From contig PTKZ01000004.1 in NCBI GenBank assembly GCA_002938205.1, positions 25,587 through 89,586 of the forward strand: DNA of 64,000 nt. Reading direction: 5' to 3'. The notes under the pieces are model-generated. The model saw only the letters and a program-made list of their open reading frames with translations. It did no database searches and was not told the origin of the DNA. How positions within the stretch are numbered: the stretch's first letter is position 1; every line of letters starts with the position of its first letter. This DNA comes from Alphaproteobacteria bacterium MarineAlpha5_Bin5. Its GTDB lineage: Bacteria > Pseudomonadota > Alphaproteobacteria > HIMB59 > GCA-002718135. This document shows positions 29,744 to 39,343 of this stretch, piece after piece. Both the position numbers and the translations under genes were made by a program.

Positions 29744-29802
29744 GCGATACATAACTCGTCGTGATCATACGGAAGTGGGATAGGTCGCCTTCAAATTGAG
29801 GG
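29744..29802 (+). promoter_or_regulatory. GC-rich structured 5' leader (candidate cis-regulatory RNA) of the LLM operon
   Basis: About 46% GC by my hand count, after a nearly GC-free stretch of ~85 nt. It has a closing helix GCGAU/GUCGC (29744-48 / 29784-88), a core ACGGAAGUGGG, and hairpin CCUUCA-AAU-UGAGGG (29788-29802) covering the SD. Confidence 0.35.
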
Positions 29803-29808
29803 AGTTAA

Positions 29809-30981
29809 ATGAAAATTGGCTATTTCTGTAATGCAACTAACTGGGAAAATAATAAGAGTTACGATCAAATATTACAGGAAGTAAGAGAAATAGCTACATA
29901 CTGCGATGAAAATGAATGGGATTCTATTTGGTTTACAGAACATCACTTTAGTCATGAAGGAATGGAAATCTGCCCTAATCCACTACTTCTAAGTTCTGAT
30001 ATTGCTGCAAGAACTAAAAAAATAAGAATTGGTCAGGCTGCTAGCATTATAACATTCTGGAACCCTATAAGAGTCGCTGAAGATATTGCACTTTTAGATC
30101 AACTATCTAATGGCAGAGTTGAAGCGGGTATTGGTAGAGGAATTTATGGTAGAGAAGCATTAAACATGAATGCTGATGCCGATATGAAAGATCAGGCTAA
30201 AAATTTTAGGCTTTTTGAAGAAACATTAACAATAATGAAAAAAGCTTGGACTGAAAAATTTTTTAATCATAAAGGTGAATTTTATACTTATCCAGCGCCA
30301 AATTTTGAATGGCAACATGATATGAGTCCTCCAAGCTCTGATTTTATGAATATAGAGAAAAGAATATTGGAAAAATTAAGAATTGTACCACAACCAGTTC
30401 AAAAACCACACCCACCTTTGTGGCAAGTAGTAGATAGTCCAAGTTCGATCGAGTGGGCAGCTAAACAAGATATAAATGTTATTATGTGGATACCCCCTGT
30501 GCAATCTTTAAAAAAACGTTTTGAAATCTATCAAAAAGCAAAAGCAGAAAAAGAAAATCGTCATGTTGAATTAGGTGAAGGGATTAGTGTTGTAAGAGAT
30601 ATGTTCGTCGCTAATACTATGGAAGAAGCAAAAGAGAAGGCTGGTGAACAAATGGTTAATTATATGAGATGGGTATGTCACTGGAGAGGATTAGGAACTC
30701 ATATGAATCCTGGAGAAGAACTTCCTAAAACAGATCATAAGTTAGATTTATTATCATATGAATTTTTACATGAAAGAAATATGCTTTTTGGAACTGTTGA
30801 TTATATTATAAATAAAATTGAAGAAATGGAGTCGGTGCTAAATTTAAAAAATTTACAAGTTTGGTCTAATTTTCCTGGTGTTAAACATAATGATTGTATG
30901 AACAGTATAAAGTTATTTACTGAAAAAATTTTACCTCATTTTAAGAATAAAGCTAAAAGCAAAATTAAAGCTGCCTCATAA
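29809..30981 (+). CDS. LLM-class (luciferase-like) flavin-dependent monooxygenase
   Basis: 390 aa with FTEHHF near the N-terminus, LSNGRVEAGIGRG, and a TIM-barrel LLM layout. Confidence 0.8.
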   Translation: MKIGYFCNATNWENNKSYDQILQEVREIATYCDENEWDSIWFTEHHFSHEGMEICPNPLLLSSDIAARTKKIRIGQAASIITFWNPIRVAEDIALLDQLSNGRVEAGIGRGIYGREALNMNADADMKDQAKNFRLFEETLTIMKKAWTEKFFNHKGEFYTYPAPNFEWQHDMSPPSSDFMNIEKRILEKLRIVPQPVQKPHPPLWQVVDSPSSIEWAAKQDINVIMWIPPVQSLKKRFEIYQKAKAEKENRHVELGEGISVVRDMFVANTMEEAKEKAGEQMVNYMRWVCHWRGLGTHMNPGEELPKTDHKLDLLSYEFLHERNMLFGTVDYIINKIEEMESVLNLKNLQVWSNFPGVKHNDCMNSIKLFTEKILPHFKNKAKSKIKAAS

Positions 30982-32675
30982 TGAAAAAAGAAATAAACCG
31001 CCCTATTACGGGAGGTAAGGCTGTTATAGAATGTCTGAAGGCACACAACATTAAGTATGTATTTGGCTTAATTGGTTCTGCCACAATGGAAATTTTTGAT
31101 GCACTATACGACGAAGAGAGTATAAGGTTTATTGATGTGCGAGATGAGCGTACAGGAGCACACATGGCTGATGCATTTGCTAGAGCTTCAGGCAATCATG
31201 GAGTTATCATTGCAGGTCAAAACGGTCCAGGTGCTACAAATCTTGTAACAGGTGTAGCGCAAGCAAAAGCTGCTTTTTCTCCTCTTTTATCAATAGCTGG
31301 AGCAATATCAACAGATCATCAAGGCAAAGATGCTTTTCAAGACATTGATCAACAAAAAATATTTGAACCAATTACAAAAAAAACTTTTTCAATAAATCAC
31401 ACTAAATCCATTGTAGAAGATTTGAACAAAGCTTTATATCTTGCCATGCAAGAAAAATGGGGTCCAGTTCATGTGAATATACCTCGTGATATTCTAGCTG
31501 GTGTTGAAAGTTTTAAATCATATATAATTAAAGACACTATTGAAAATAAAAATGTTGATGAAAAAGATATAGAAAAAATTAGTCTATTAATTGACAGCTC
31601 TTCAAAACCAGTAATTATTTGTGGGGCGGGAATTAAGAACTCTAATTCTCAAAATGAAATAATTTCTCTATCAAAAAAACTAAATATACCTATTGTATCT
31701 TCCGCTGGACACGGAGATGTAATTCCTTCTGATTATGAGTTATATGCTGGGCAAATGGGTCCTAGAGGTAATAAAATTGCCTCATCTCTTGTAAAGAATG
31801 CTGATTTGATATTAGCTATTGGAACGAGACTTGGCTTCAATTCAACTTTTTACTCTTATGATAATATTTCTAAATTTGCTAAAATTGTTCAAGTGGATAT
31901 TGATCCAATTGCTCTAGGTAGATATTTTCCCATTGAAGTTGGTATAAACAATGATGCAAAAATATTTTTAGAAAATTTTATTTCATTTATGAGTAGAAAA
32001 GATTTTAAAAATAATAGTGAAATATGGATAAAAAAATTTTTAAAAGAAAAAGCTATTTACTATAAAAAAAGAGATGAGAATGCTGATGTAGACTCAAAAA
32101 TAATTCAACCTTCTGGATTGTTTAAAGAATTAAGAGATATAATGCCAAAAAATGCTTCAGTAACTCTAGATGCAGGTACATTATGTCTGCAAGCTACTGA
32201 TCAGTTTAATTTTTTTGAAACAAGATCGTTATTCACCCCTTTAGATTTTGGTTTAGTCGGTTTTTCATTTGCTGCAGGTCTGGGTGTTAAACTAGCAAAA
32301 CCAGATTCTCCAGTATTTAGTTTGATGGGTGATGGCGGTTTTGGAATGACCGTATCAGAATTATCTACTGCTGTTCATCATAAAATTAACACCATTACAA
32401 TTATAATGAATAATAAATCATGGGGAGCGGAAAAAGCTTATCAAAGAGATTTTTATGATAAGAGATATATTGCTGTCGATATTAGTAACCCTCCTTTTCA
32501 CGAGCTTGCTGATATATATGGCGCTAAAGGATATCACATAACTCATCTAAAAAATTTAAAAGAAGCTGTTTCTGATGCCTTAGTTTGCAATAAACCAGCT
32601 ATTATAAATGTAGAAGTTGATCCTAATGAACTATATAGTTTTAGAAAAGATTCTTTTACACATAGATCAAAATGA
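30981..32675 (+). CDS. thiamine-diphosphate-dependent enzyme (acetolactate synthase / Xsc-like fold)
   Basis: Three-domain, 564-aa layout with ThDP motif GDGGFGM...NNKSWG. Its ATG overlaps the LLM gene's stop. Confidence 0.85.
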   Translation: MKKEINRPITGGKAVIECLKAHNIKYVFGLIGSATMEIFDALYDEESIRFIDVRDERTGAHMADAFARASGNHGVIIAGQNGPGATNLVTGVAQAKAAFSPLLSIAGAISTDHQGKDAFQDIDQQKIFEPITKKTFSINHTKSIVEDLNKALYLAMQEKWGPVHVNIPRDILAGVESFKSYIIKDTIENKNVDEKDIEKISLLIDSSSKPVIICGAGIKNSNSQNEIISLSKKLNIPIVSSAGHGDVIPSDYELYAGQMGPRGNKIASSLVKNADLILAIGTRLGFNSTFYSYDNISKFAKIVQVDIDPIALGRYFPIEVGINNDAKIFLENFISFMSRKDFKNNSEIWIKKFLKEKAIYYKKRDENADVDSKIIQPSGLFKELRDIMPKNASVTLDAGTLCLQATDQFNFFETRSLFTPLDFGLVGFSFAAGLGVKLAKPDSPVFSLMGDGGFGMTVSELSTAVHHKINTITIIMNNKSWGAEKAYQRDFYDKRYIAVDISNPPFHELADIYGAKGYHITHLKNLKEAVSDALVCNKPAIINVEVDPNELYSFRKDSFTHRSK

Positions 32676-33454
32676 GTTTTAAAGAATATACAGACTCATC
32701 TGGAAATTATTATCAATTAAGTGAGGCAAAAGGATCGCCAATTACTATTTTTGTCCATGGAGTGGGTTTGGATAATACAATGTGGTATCCTCAAAAGAAA
32801 TTTTTTTCCGATAAACCAGTTTTGTTTTATGATCTAATAAATCATGGCCAATCAATTGGAGGTTTTAAGGAGCTAAGTTTTGAAATTTACAGTAATCAAT
32901 TATTAAATTTAATTAATGAATTGCAATTAGAAAAAATAAATCTTGTAGGATTTTCAATTGGCGCACTTATTGCACAACATTTTACTGAAAAGTTTTATAA
33001 AAAAATAAATAAGTTAGTTTTGATTGGTAGTGTATTTAAAAGATCATATGAGCAAATTGAAATTGTTCAAAAAAGATATAATCAAGCTCTTAAAGGTTCT
33101 AACATAACTATTGACTCAATCAACAGATGGTTTTCAGAAAATTATTTAAAAAAAAACCCTCAGGTTTATAATTTTTTTTATAATCTCTTAGAAAAGAAAA
33201 ATGATCAAAATTTTTTACCTGCTTATAAAATATTTGTTGATTCTGATAGATATCCAATAAATTATAGAAACTTTAAAATGCCAACTTTAATTATGACGGG
33301 GGAAAATGAAGTTGGTTCAACACCTCTTATGAGTGAGAGAATGAGTAGAGAGATCAATAATAGTGATTTATATATTATTAAAAATACAAAACATGGAGCA
33401 ACAATAGAACAAGCTGATATTGTTAATAAAAAAATTAATAAATTTTTATTCTAA
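32672..33454 (+). CDS. alpha/beta hydrolase
   Basis: HGVG oxyanion block and nucleophile elbow GFSIGA. 260 aa. It overlaps the upstream gene by 4 nt. Confidence 0.8.
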   Translation: MSFKEYTDSSGNYYQLSEAKGSPITIFVHGVGLDNTMWYPQKKFFSDKPVLFYDLINHGQSIGGFKELSFEIYSNQLLNLINELQLEKINLVGFSIGALIAQHFTEKFYKKINKLVLIGSVFKRSYEQIEIVQKRYNQALKGSNITIDSINRWFSENYLKKNPQVYNFFYNLLEKKNDQNFLPAYKIFVDSDRYPINYRNFKMPTLIMTGENEVGSTPLMSERMSREINNSDLYIIKNTKHGATIEQADIVNKKINKFLF

Positions 33455-33645
33455 TCAATAGAACATGTCATATCTGAACCACAACATAATGGTGATTTAA
33501 TTTTTCCATGTCCATTAGTGCATTTAGAAATTTGTACCTCAGATCCATCATCTTTTTTTAAGATATCATTTTCAAGTGGTTCATTGCATTTAGCGCAAGT
33601 TGCATTGACTGACATACCACAAGCTTTACATTCATAAGTTGCCAT
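33451..33645 (-). CDS. small cysteine-rich (zinc-ribbon-like) protein of unknown function
   Basis: 64 aa with 10 Cys. CxxC-x7-CxxC is followed by C-x3-H ... CC ... C. The SD AAAGGAG lies 6 nt upstream of the ATG. Confidence 0.6.
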   Translation of the reverse strand: MATYECKACGMSVNATCAKCNEPLENDILKKDDGSEVQISKCTNGHGKIKSPLCCGSDMTCSID

Positions 33646-33694
33646 AAAAACTCCTTTATAAAATTATATTTTTATTTTTGATTAAAGTAAACAG

Positions 33695-34798
33695 CTATTT
33701 GAATTCTGAAACTTGATATTCTGCACTATTTATCCAATCAGGATTGATATCTATTCCCCATCCAGGTTTTTCAGATACAGTGACGCAACCATTTTCTACT
33801 AAAAAAGGATTATCCAAAAATAACTTTTGTTGCCAAGGATAATAATCCTCATCTTCAATAGAAAGTTCTAAATATGGACCTGCATTAGGAATAGCTTTAA
33901 GTAAATGCATTGTACAAATTGTAACTAATGATAGATTTGCAGAATGTGGTGTACAAATAAATCCTCCTTCTTCAATTATTTTTGCAACTTGTAGAGTTCT
34001 TGTTAGTCCTCCCAGATACATTACATCAGGTTGAAAAATATTTACTATCTTTCTCTCAACCATATCTCTCCAAATTCTGAGATCACAATCCTGTTCACCT
34101 CCTGCAACATCGATTGAAAGAGCATTTGTAACTTCTTTTGTCTGTTCAGACTCCCAATATGGACAAGGTTCTTCAAAATGTATAACATTATTATCTTCTA
34201 AAAGTTTTCCAATTTCAATCGCTTGTTCTGATGAGAAACAACTATTTGCATCAACTAGCTTTTTTACAGAATTATCTAGAGATATATTAATTGTTTTAAC
34301 AATATCTTCTGTTCTGCCTTCCCATTCATCAACTCCTCTACCGCATTCTGAACCAATTCTATATTTAAAAGCACCTATTCCTTTCTCATGAAATAGTTTG
34401 TTAAATCGATTAGCTTCATCCATAGCAGTAATATCCCTTTTCATTGATGAGCCATATACTTTCAGTGCTCCAGTACTTCCCCCTATTAATAAAGTTACAG
34501 GTTTTTCTTCAAGTTTTCCTCTTAAATCCCATAATGATGTATCAAGACCTGCAATAGCTCTTAATAAATAAGAACCCGGAAATTTATGTTCTTTTTCTAA
34601 AATCCAATTTTCTATATCGCTAAAATCATGCCAAGATTTACCCAATACCCATGGTGCAACTTGTTTATGAAATATTTGTGCAGTAATATCTGCATGATAC
34701 GTAGACATTTGACCATAACCCACAGAACCATCTTCTAATGTTGTTTTAACAAAACTAACATAGGTTTTAGTAAAAGTTTCTAGTTTTTTAATTTTCAT
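33695..34798 (-). CDS. enolase-superfamily enzyme (mandelate racemase/muconate lactonizing family, sugar-acid dehydratase-like)
   Basis: 367 aa. Metal-ligand blocks VDAN, FEEP and GGEQD sit in the expected order and spacing. Confidence 0.8.
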   Translation of the reverse strand: MKIKKLETFTKTYVSFVKTTLEDGSVGYGQMSTYHADITAQIFHKQVAPWVLGKSWHDFSDIENWILEKEHKFPGSYLLRAIAGLDTSLWDLRGKLEEKPVTLLIGGSTGALKVYGSSMKRDITAMDEANRFNKLFHEKGIGAFKYRIGSECGRGVDEWEGRTEDIVKTINISLDNSVKKLVDANSCFSSEQAIEIGKLLEDNNVIHFEEPCPYWESEQTKEVTNALSIDVAGGEQDCDLRIWRDMVERKIVNIFQPDVMYLGGLTRTLQVAKIIEEGGFICTPHSANLSLVTICTMHLLKAIPNAGPYLELSIEDEDYYPWQQKLFLDNPFLVENGCVTVSEKPGWGIDINPDWINSAEYQVSEFK

Positions 34799-36414
34799 TA
34801 ATAGTGTTGTTTTAATTCTTCCAAAATAATTTTACTAGATAAAAGCGCTAACATCATTACAGGAGCATTAATATTTCCTGAAGTAATATTTGGCATAATA
34901 GAGGCATCAATTATCCATAAATTATCAAGACCATGAACTTTTAAATTATGAGATACAACACCTTCACTAATATTCTTGCTCATACGACAAGTGCCACATG
35001 GATGATAAATAGTAGTTGCATTTGATTTAAAATGATCAAGTAAATTGTCATCATTTGATTGTAATGGATCAATATTTACTGGGGATTCTATAATATTATT
35101 TATGTGTTTATTTGCTATAAACTGTCTAATGAAATTAAATGTAGAATACAAATCATGAATATCTCTTTCGTCAGTTAAATAATTTGGATTTATTTTTGGC
35201 AAATATGCATTATTAGATATTTTAAGTTTTACTTCACCAAGACTTTTTGGTCTACAAGAATTAAACCCAATAATAAAACCGTTAAATTTATCAGTTTTAA
35301 GTAATGGCCTTTTATTTTTATAAGATACAGAGTAAGTTAAGGGATTAAAGTATAATTGAATATTGGGATAATGATCTAGAGAATTCCAATTAATATATCC
35401 TCCACCCTGATTAAGACTTAATGAAAAAGGCCCTTTTCTATTATAAAGGTATCTCAAAACTGATTTTATTCTTCCGCTCCAAGTGCCTAAATCATAATTT
35501 AATGTTGGCATATAAGTTTTATATAAATAATCTAAACCTAAATGATCTTGTAAATTTTTACCAACATGAGGGCTGTTTAAAATAACCGGTATATTATAAT
35601 CTTTTAACTCTTCTGCTTTACCTATCCCTGATTTTAATAAAAGATAAGGTGTCATAATTGAGCCACTTGATAAGATTACACCAACCTTAGGCCTCACTGT
35701 AATTATTGTATTTTTATGCTTAATTTCTAAACTTGATATTTTTTTATTTTCATAATTTAATTTTAAAACTTCTGTTTTAGTAAAAAGAGTTAAATTTGGA
35801 TGATTTTTAATTGGTTTTAAAAAAATTTTTGCTGATGAAACTCTAAAACCATTAAATATATTAACATTATAATTTCCTACTTGATTTTCTATTGAACTTT
35901 TTAATTGTTTATTAAAAGTAAATTTAAAATCATCAGCCGCATCAAAAAAATTTTTTAATATAGGATGATGTTGATTGCTAACATCATTCACGGGAATTTT
36001 ATTAGAAGGTATTTTTTTTGTCTTGTCATTAATGGCAAATTCAATTTCCTCGTATGTAGCTTTTATATTTCCCCAAGACCAATTTTTATTAAAATTCCAA
36101 TTCTCAAAATCAGTCCTTAACCCTCGCGCATAAATCATAGCATTAATAGATCCCGAACCACCTAGAACCTTTCCACGAGGATAATAAATTTCTCTATTGT
36201 TTAGATTTTTTTGAGTTTCAGAATAGAAATTCCAATTCATCTTATTGTGATAAAAAGTCATTCCATAACCAAGAGGAACTTGGATGACAGGACTATTATC
36301 GCTAGGTCCTGCCTCTATCAATAACACTTTATAATTAGTATTATTAATGATTTGATTTGTCACAATACAGCCAGCTGAACCAGCGCCGACTATAACTATA
36401 TCAAAATGATCCAA
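34798..36414 (-). CDS. GMC-family FAD oxidoreductase
   Basis: N-terminal DIVIVGAGSAGC, GGSGSINAM, and a C-terminal HPCGTCRM block. 538 aa. Confidence 0.85.
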   Translation of the reverse strand: MDHFDIVIVGAGSAGCIVTNQIINNTNYKVLLIEAGPSDNSPVIQVPLGYGMTFYHNKMNWNFYSETQKNLNNREIYYPRGKVLGGSGSINAMIYARGLRTDFENWNFNKNWSWGNIKATYEEIEFAINDKTKKIPSNKIPVNDVSNQHHPILKNFFDAADDFKFTFNKQLKSSIENQVGNYNVNIFNGFRVSSAKIFLKPIKNHPNLTLFTKTEVLKLNYENKKISSLEIKHKNTIITVRPKVGVILSSGSIMTPYLLLKSGIGKAEELKDYNIPVILNSPHVGKNLQDHLGLDYLYKTYMPTLNYDLGTWSGRIKSVLRYLYNRKGPFSLSLNQGGGYINWNSLDHYPNIQLYFNPLTYSVSYKNKRPLLKTDKFNGFIIGFNSCRPKSLGEVKLKISNNAYLPKINPNYLTDERDIHDLYSTFNFIRQFIANKHINNIIESPVNIDPLQSNDDNLLDHFKSNATTIYHPCGTCRMSKNISEGVVSHNLKVHGLDNLWIIDASIMPNITSGNINAPVMMLALLSSKIILEELKQHY

Positions 36415-36418
36415 AATA

Positions 36419-37441
36419 TTAATAAGTTTGTGTTACTTTTGTTAAATAACGAGGCTTATCAGGATCAAGTCCTTTTTTTTGAGCGTATCTTACAATCCAT
36501 GGATAAAATTTTGACATTAAGACTATTGAATCAAATTCTATAATTTTATTTGATGGAAAGAAGAAATTATTATTTTCTTTGTTTGTTGTAGAAATATTGT
36601 AAACCAATTTTGTATACTTTGAAATTTCATCACTATCTTTTTGAACTGTTAAACCACTTACGTCATTCATGCTTAAAGTAAAAAGTTTAAATGAATCTTG
36701 GATTAGACTTTTAGGCCCATGCATTACTTCCGCACTACTAAAAGGCTCTATCATTTCTTGACATAATTCCTTAAATTTAAGAGAAATCTCGTTGGTAAGC
36801 GCAAAACCAACTCCTCTGCCAATAATAAAACCTGAATTAATACTATTATCTACTAGATCTACATTCCATTGATTATTTTCATCCTGCAAAAGTGTTTCGC
36901 TTAAATATTTTATACTATCATTAATTTTTCTTCTTCCTTCGCATGAAAAAACTAGTTTTTTTAAAATTAATAAAGTTTGTACAAATGATTTAGTAGCAGC
37001 AACACTTTTTTCTTCACCTGCAAACATATTAAAAAAATAATGAGCAGAATTAACCATAGGGCTATTTTCATTATTAGATAATAACAATGTAGTAGCGCCC
37101 ATTTCTTGTGATTGTTTTTCACACTCAATTAAATCACTACTTTTACCCGATTGGCTAATAACTATTACTAAAGCTTCTGAAAAATCAAATTTAGATTTTT
37201 CTAGTGTAATAATTGATGGTGGCATACTATATGAAGGAAGTCCTAAATATTTCGCAAAAATATAAGAACTATATAGTGCTGCACAATCAGAAGTTCCTCT
37301 TGCAACAGTAACTATATACTTTATTTTTTTTTTAATAATTAAATTTGCAATTTCTTGATATTGATTATTATCGATTTGAGAAAACTTATCTATAACCAAT
37401 GGTATACTTAGTGCCTCTTGTAAAACTAAAGAGTTATTCAC
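36419..37441 (-). CDS. SIS-domain amino-sugar-6-phosphate deaminase/isomerase (AgaS/NagB-II/GlmS C-terminal-like)
   Basis: Two SIS repeats (ARGTSDCAA..; ISQSGKSSD) without a glutaminase domain. Adjacent to nagA. Confidence 0.8.
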   Translation of the reverse strand: MNNSLVLQEALSIPLVIDKFSQIDNNQYQEIANLIIKKKIKYIVTVARGTSDCAALYSSYIFAKYLGLPSYSMPPSIITLEKSKFDFSEALVIVISQSGKSSDLIECEKQSQEMGATTLLLSNNENSPMVNSAHYFFNMFAGEEKSVAATKSFVQTLLILKKLVFSCEGRRKINDSIKYLSETLLQDENNQWNVDLVDNSINSGFIIGRGVGFALTNEISLKFKELCQEMIEPFSSAEVMHGPKSLIQDSFKLFTLSMNDVSGLTVQKDSDEISKYTKLVYNISTTNKENNNFFFPSNKIIEFDSIVLMSKFYPWIVRYAQKKGLDPDKPRYLTKVTQTY

Positions 37442-38519
37442 TTACCAATTCACCTTTTAAAAATATTCTTAGTAAATTTAAATTTTTGTCCATAACAATA
37501 AAGTTTGAAAAATTATTTTTTTCCAAAACTCCTAAATTATCTAACTTTAAGTACTTTGATGCATTGTAACTTGTCATTCTAACAGCCTCTTCAAAAGAAA
37601 AGTTCATATCAATTAAATTTTTAAATGTTTCATGCATCGTTATTGCGCTACCTGCAAGTGTATTTGAATCTTGTAAACAAACTTTATTATTTTTCTTTTC
37701 TACAGCAACTCCTGCAAAATTATATATACCATCAGCTAGACCCGTAGCAGATATAGCATCTGTAATAGCATATAGTCTAGGAATAGACTTGTGAGCAATT
37801 TTAATAGCTTCCTGACTTACATGATTTTTATCACATATAATTTCTGCATATTTACCATTTAATAAGGCAGATGATAAAACTCCTGACTCCCTACTAGTGT
37901 GTCCCGACATAGCATTATATAAGTGTGTAAAGCCAATAGGATACTTACTCAAATATTCATTTGACGTTTTAAAGTCAGCCAAAGTATGACCAAATTGCAC
38001 TTGTATTTTTTTGCTTATTAGAAATTTAATAAATTCATTCATTCCTTCTATTTCAGGTGCGAGAGTAATAACTTTAATATTAGCTATCTCAAGAATATTT
38101 TCTATAAATTCATTTGAAGGAAGTTGGGTTAATGCTGGTTGAGCTCCTAATTTATTTGGATTAATAAAAGGACCCTCAAGATGAATTCCTTCAATATTAT
38201 TTGTTGTATCTTCTGCAAGATTATTAAAACCATGAAGGGCTTTTTTAATATGATCAAACTTACTTGTCATCGTAGTTGGCAATAATGTTGTGGTTCCATT
38301 TATTAAATGAAAATGACTCATTTTTTTAATTGAGTCGTATCCTTGCATCGTATCAAAACCTCCTCCTCCATGACAATGAAGGTCTATATAACCGGGCAAG
38401 ATAATAACATTATCTTCAACTTTATCTTCTTTATGAATTTTTTCAATTTTATTGCTAAAAATAATTTCGCCATTAAAGCTTTCATTATAATTTATAATTT
38501 TACCTTTTATTGAATTCAA
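37434..38519 (-). CDS. nagA: N-acetylglucosamine-6-phosphate deacetylase
   Basis: GYIDLHCHGGGGFD motif, later HLEGPF and HLYNAM blocks. 361 aa. Confidence 0.85.
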   Translation of the reverse strand: MNSIKGKIINYNESFNGEIIFSNKIEKIHKEDKVEDNVIILPGYIDLHCHGGGGFDTMQGYDSIKKMSHFHLINGTTTLLPTTMTSKFDHIKKALHGFNNLAEDTTNNIEGIHLEGPFINPNKLGAQPALTQLPSNEFIENILEIANIKVITLAPEIEGMNEFIKFLISKKIQVQFGHTLADFKTSNEYLSKYPIGFTHLYNAMSGHTSRESGVLSSALLNGKYAEIICDKNHVSQEAIKIAHKSIPRLYAITDAISATGLADGIYNFAGVAVEKKNNKVCLQDSNTLAGSAITMHETFKNLIDMNFSFEEAVRMTSYNASKYLKLDNLGVLEKNNFSNFIVMDKNLNLLRIFLKGELVSE

Positions 38520-38577
38520 AACTTTATCCGCATTATTTATTTATTTTTACTAAATTAAATGTATTTATAATCTATAT

Positions 38578-39306
38578 ATGAATATCTCGATAGAAAAATT
38601 CTCAAAAAAAATTAATGAAGTAATAAATAAAATATCAAACAAAGAAAATGGTAAAATTAAAGATGTTGCTAAAATATTATCTAAAAAATACCTAGATGGA
38701 AGTCATTTATATATTTTTGGCACAGGTCATAATCATTGTATTGCTGAGGAAAGCTTGCATAGAGCAGGTGCTTTTGCAGGAGTTACACCTATGCTTGATA
38801 AAAAAATTGATTTTAGTGAAGGAATTACTAAAGCCTCATCTAATGAAAGAGATAAATCTTTAGCAAAGAAAATCTTTGAAAAATTTAAACCTTTAAAAGA
38901 TGACTCAATTATAATCTTTTCTAACAGTGGGATTAATCAACTACCAATTGAAATAAGCAAAATAGCTAAGAAAAAAGGATTATTTGTTATTGCTGTTCTA
39001 TCAATAAAATACGCAAATTCACTCTTACCAAAATCTTTTAAAAACCTAAGTCACTTTTGTGATATTTATATCAATAACTATAGTCCAATTGGAGATACTA
39101 TATTTGAAGAAAAAAATATTGGAATTTCATCATCTTCGACAATTGCAGGAATTTTTATTCTTAATTCTTTATGGGCTGAAATGTATAAATTTTTAAAGAA
39201 TGAAAGACCTTTACCTTTCTATAAAAGCTCAAACCTTCCAAGAAGTAATTTGCATAATAAAAAAATAGAAAATAAATTTAAAAATAAGAATATTTTTTTA
39301 AAATAA
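38578..39306 (+). CDS. SIS-domain protein (UPF0309-like)
   Basis: 242 aa with the FGTGHNH and FSNSGIN blocks typical of the single-SIS UPF0309 group. Divergent from nagA. Confidence 0.65.
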   Translation: MNISIEKFSKKINEVINKISNKENGKIKDVAKILSKKYLDGSHLYIFGTGHNHCIAEESLHRAGAFAGVTPMLDKKIDFSEGITKASSNERDKSLAKKIFEKFKPLKDDSIIIFSNSGINQLPIEISKIAKKKGLFVIAVLSIKYANSLLPKSFKNLSHFCDIYINNYSPIGDTIFEEKNIGISSSSTIAGIFILNSLWAEMYKFLKNERPLPFYKSSNLPRSNLHNKKIENKFKNKNIFLK

Positions 39307-39330
39307 TTCTGGGGCATTCATGCCCCAGAA
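39307..39330. terminator. GC-rich hairpin between convergent genes
   Basis: TTCTGGGGCAT-TC-ATGCCCCAGAA, a perfect 11-bp stem flanked by an A-run. It lies between the SIS gene (+) and the SBP gene (-). Confidence 0.55.
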
Positions 39331-39343
39331 AAAAATAAAAGGT

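Noticed and set aside
29744-29788. The GC-rich element as a tRNA fragment, or as a guanidine-II (mini-ykkC), TPP or ZTP riboswitch.
   Set aside because: There is no cloverleaf or T-arm GGUUCGA-like block. ACGG is not presented as a tetraloop on a GC stem as in mini-ykkC. It has none of the recalled TPP (CUGAGA...ACCUGA) or ZTP conserved blocks.
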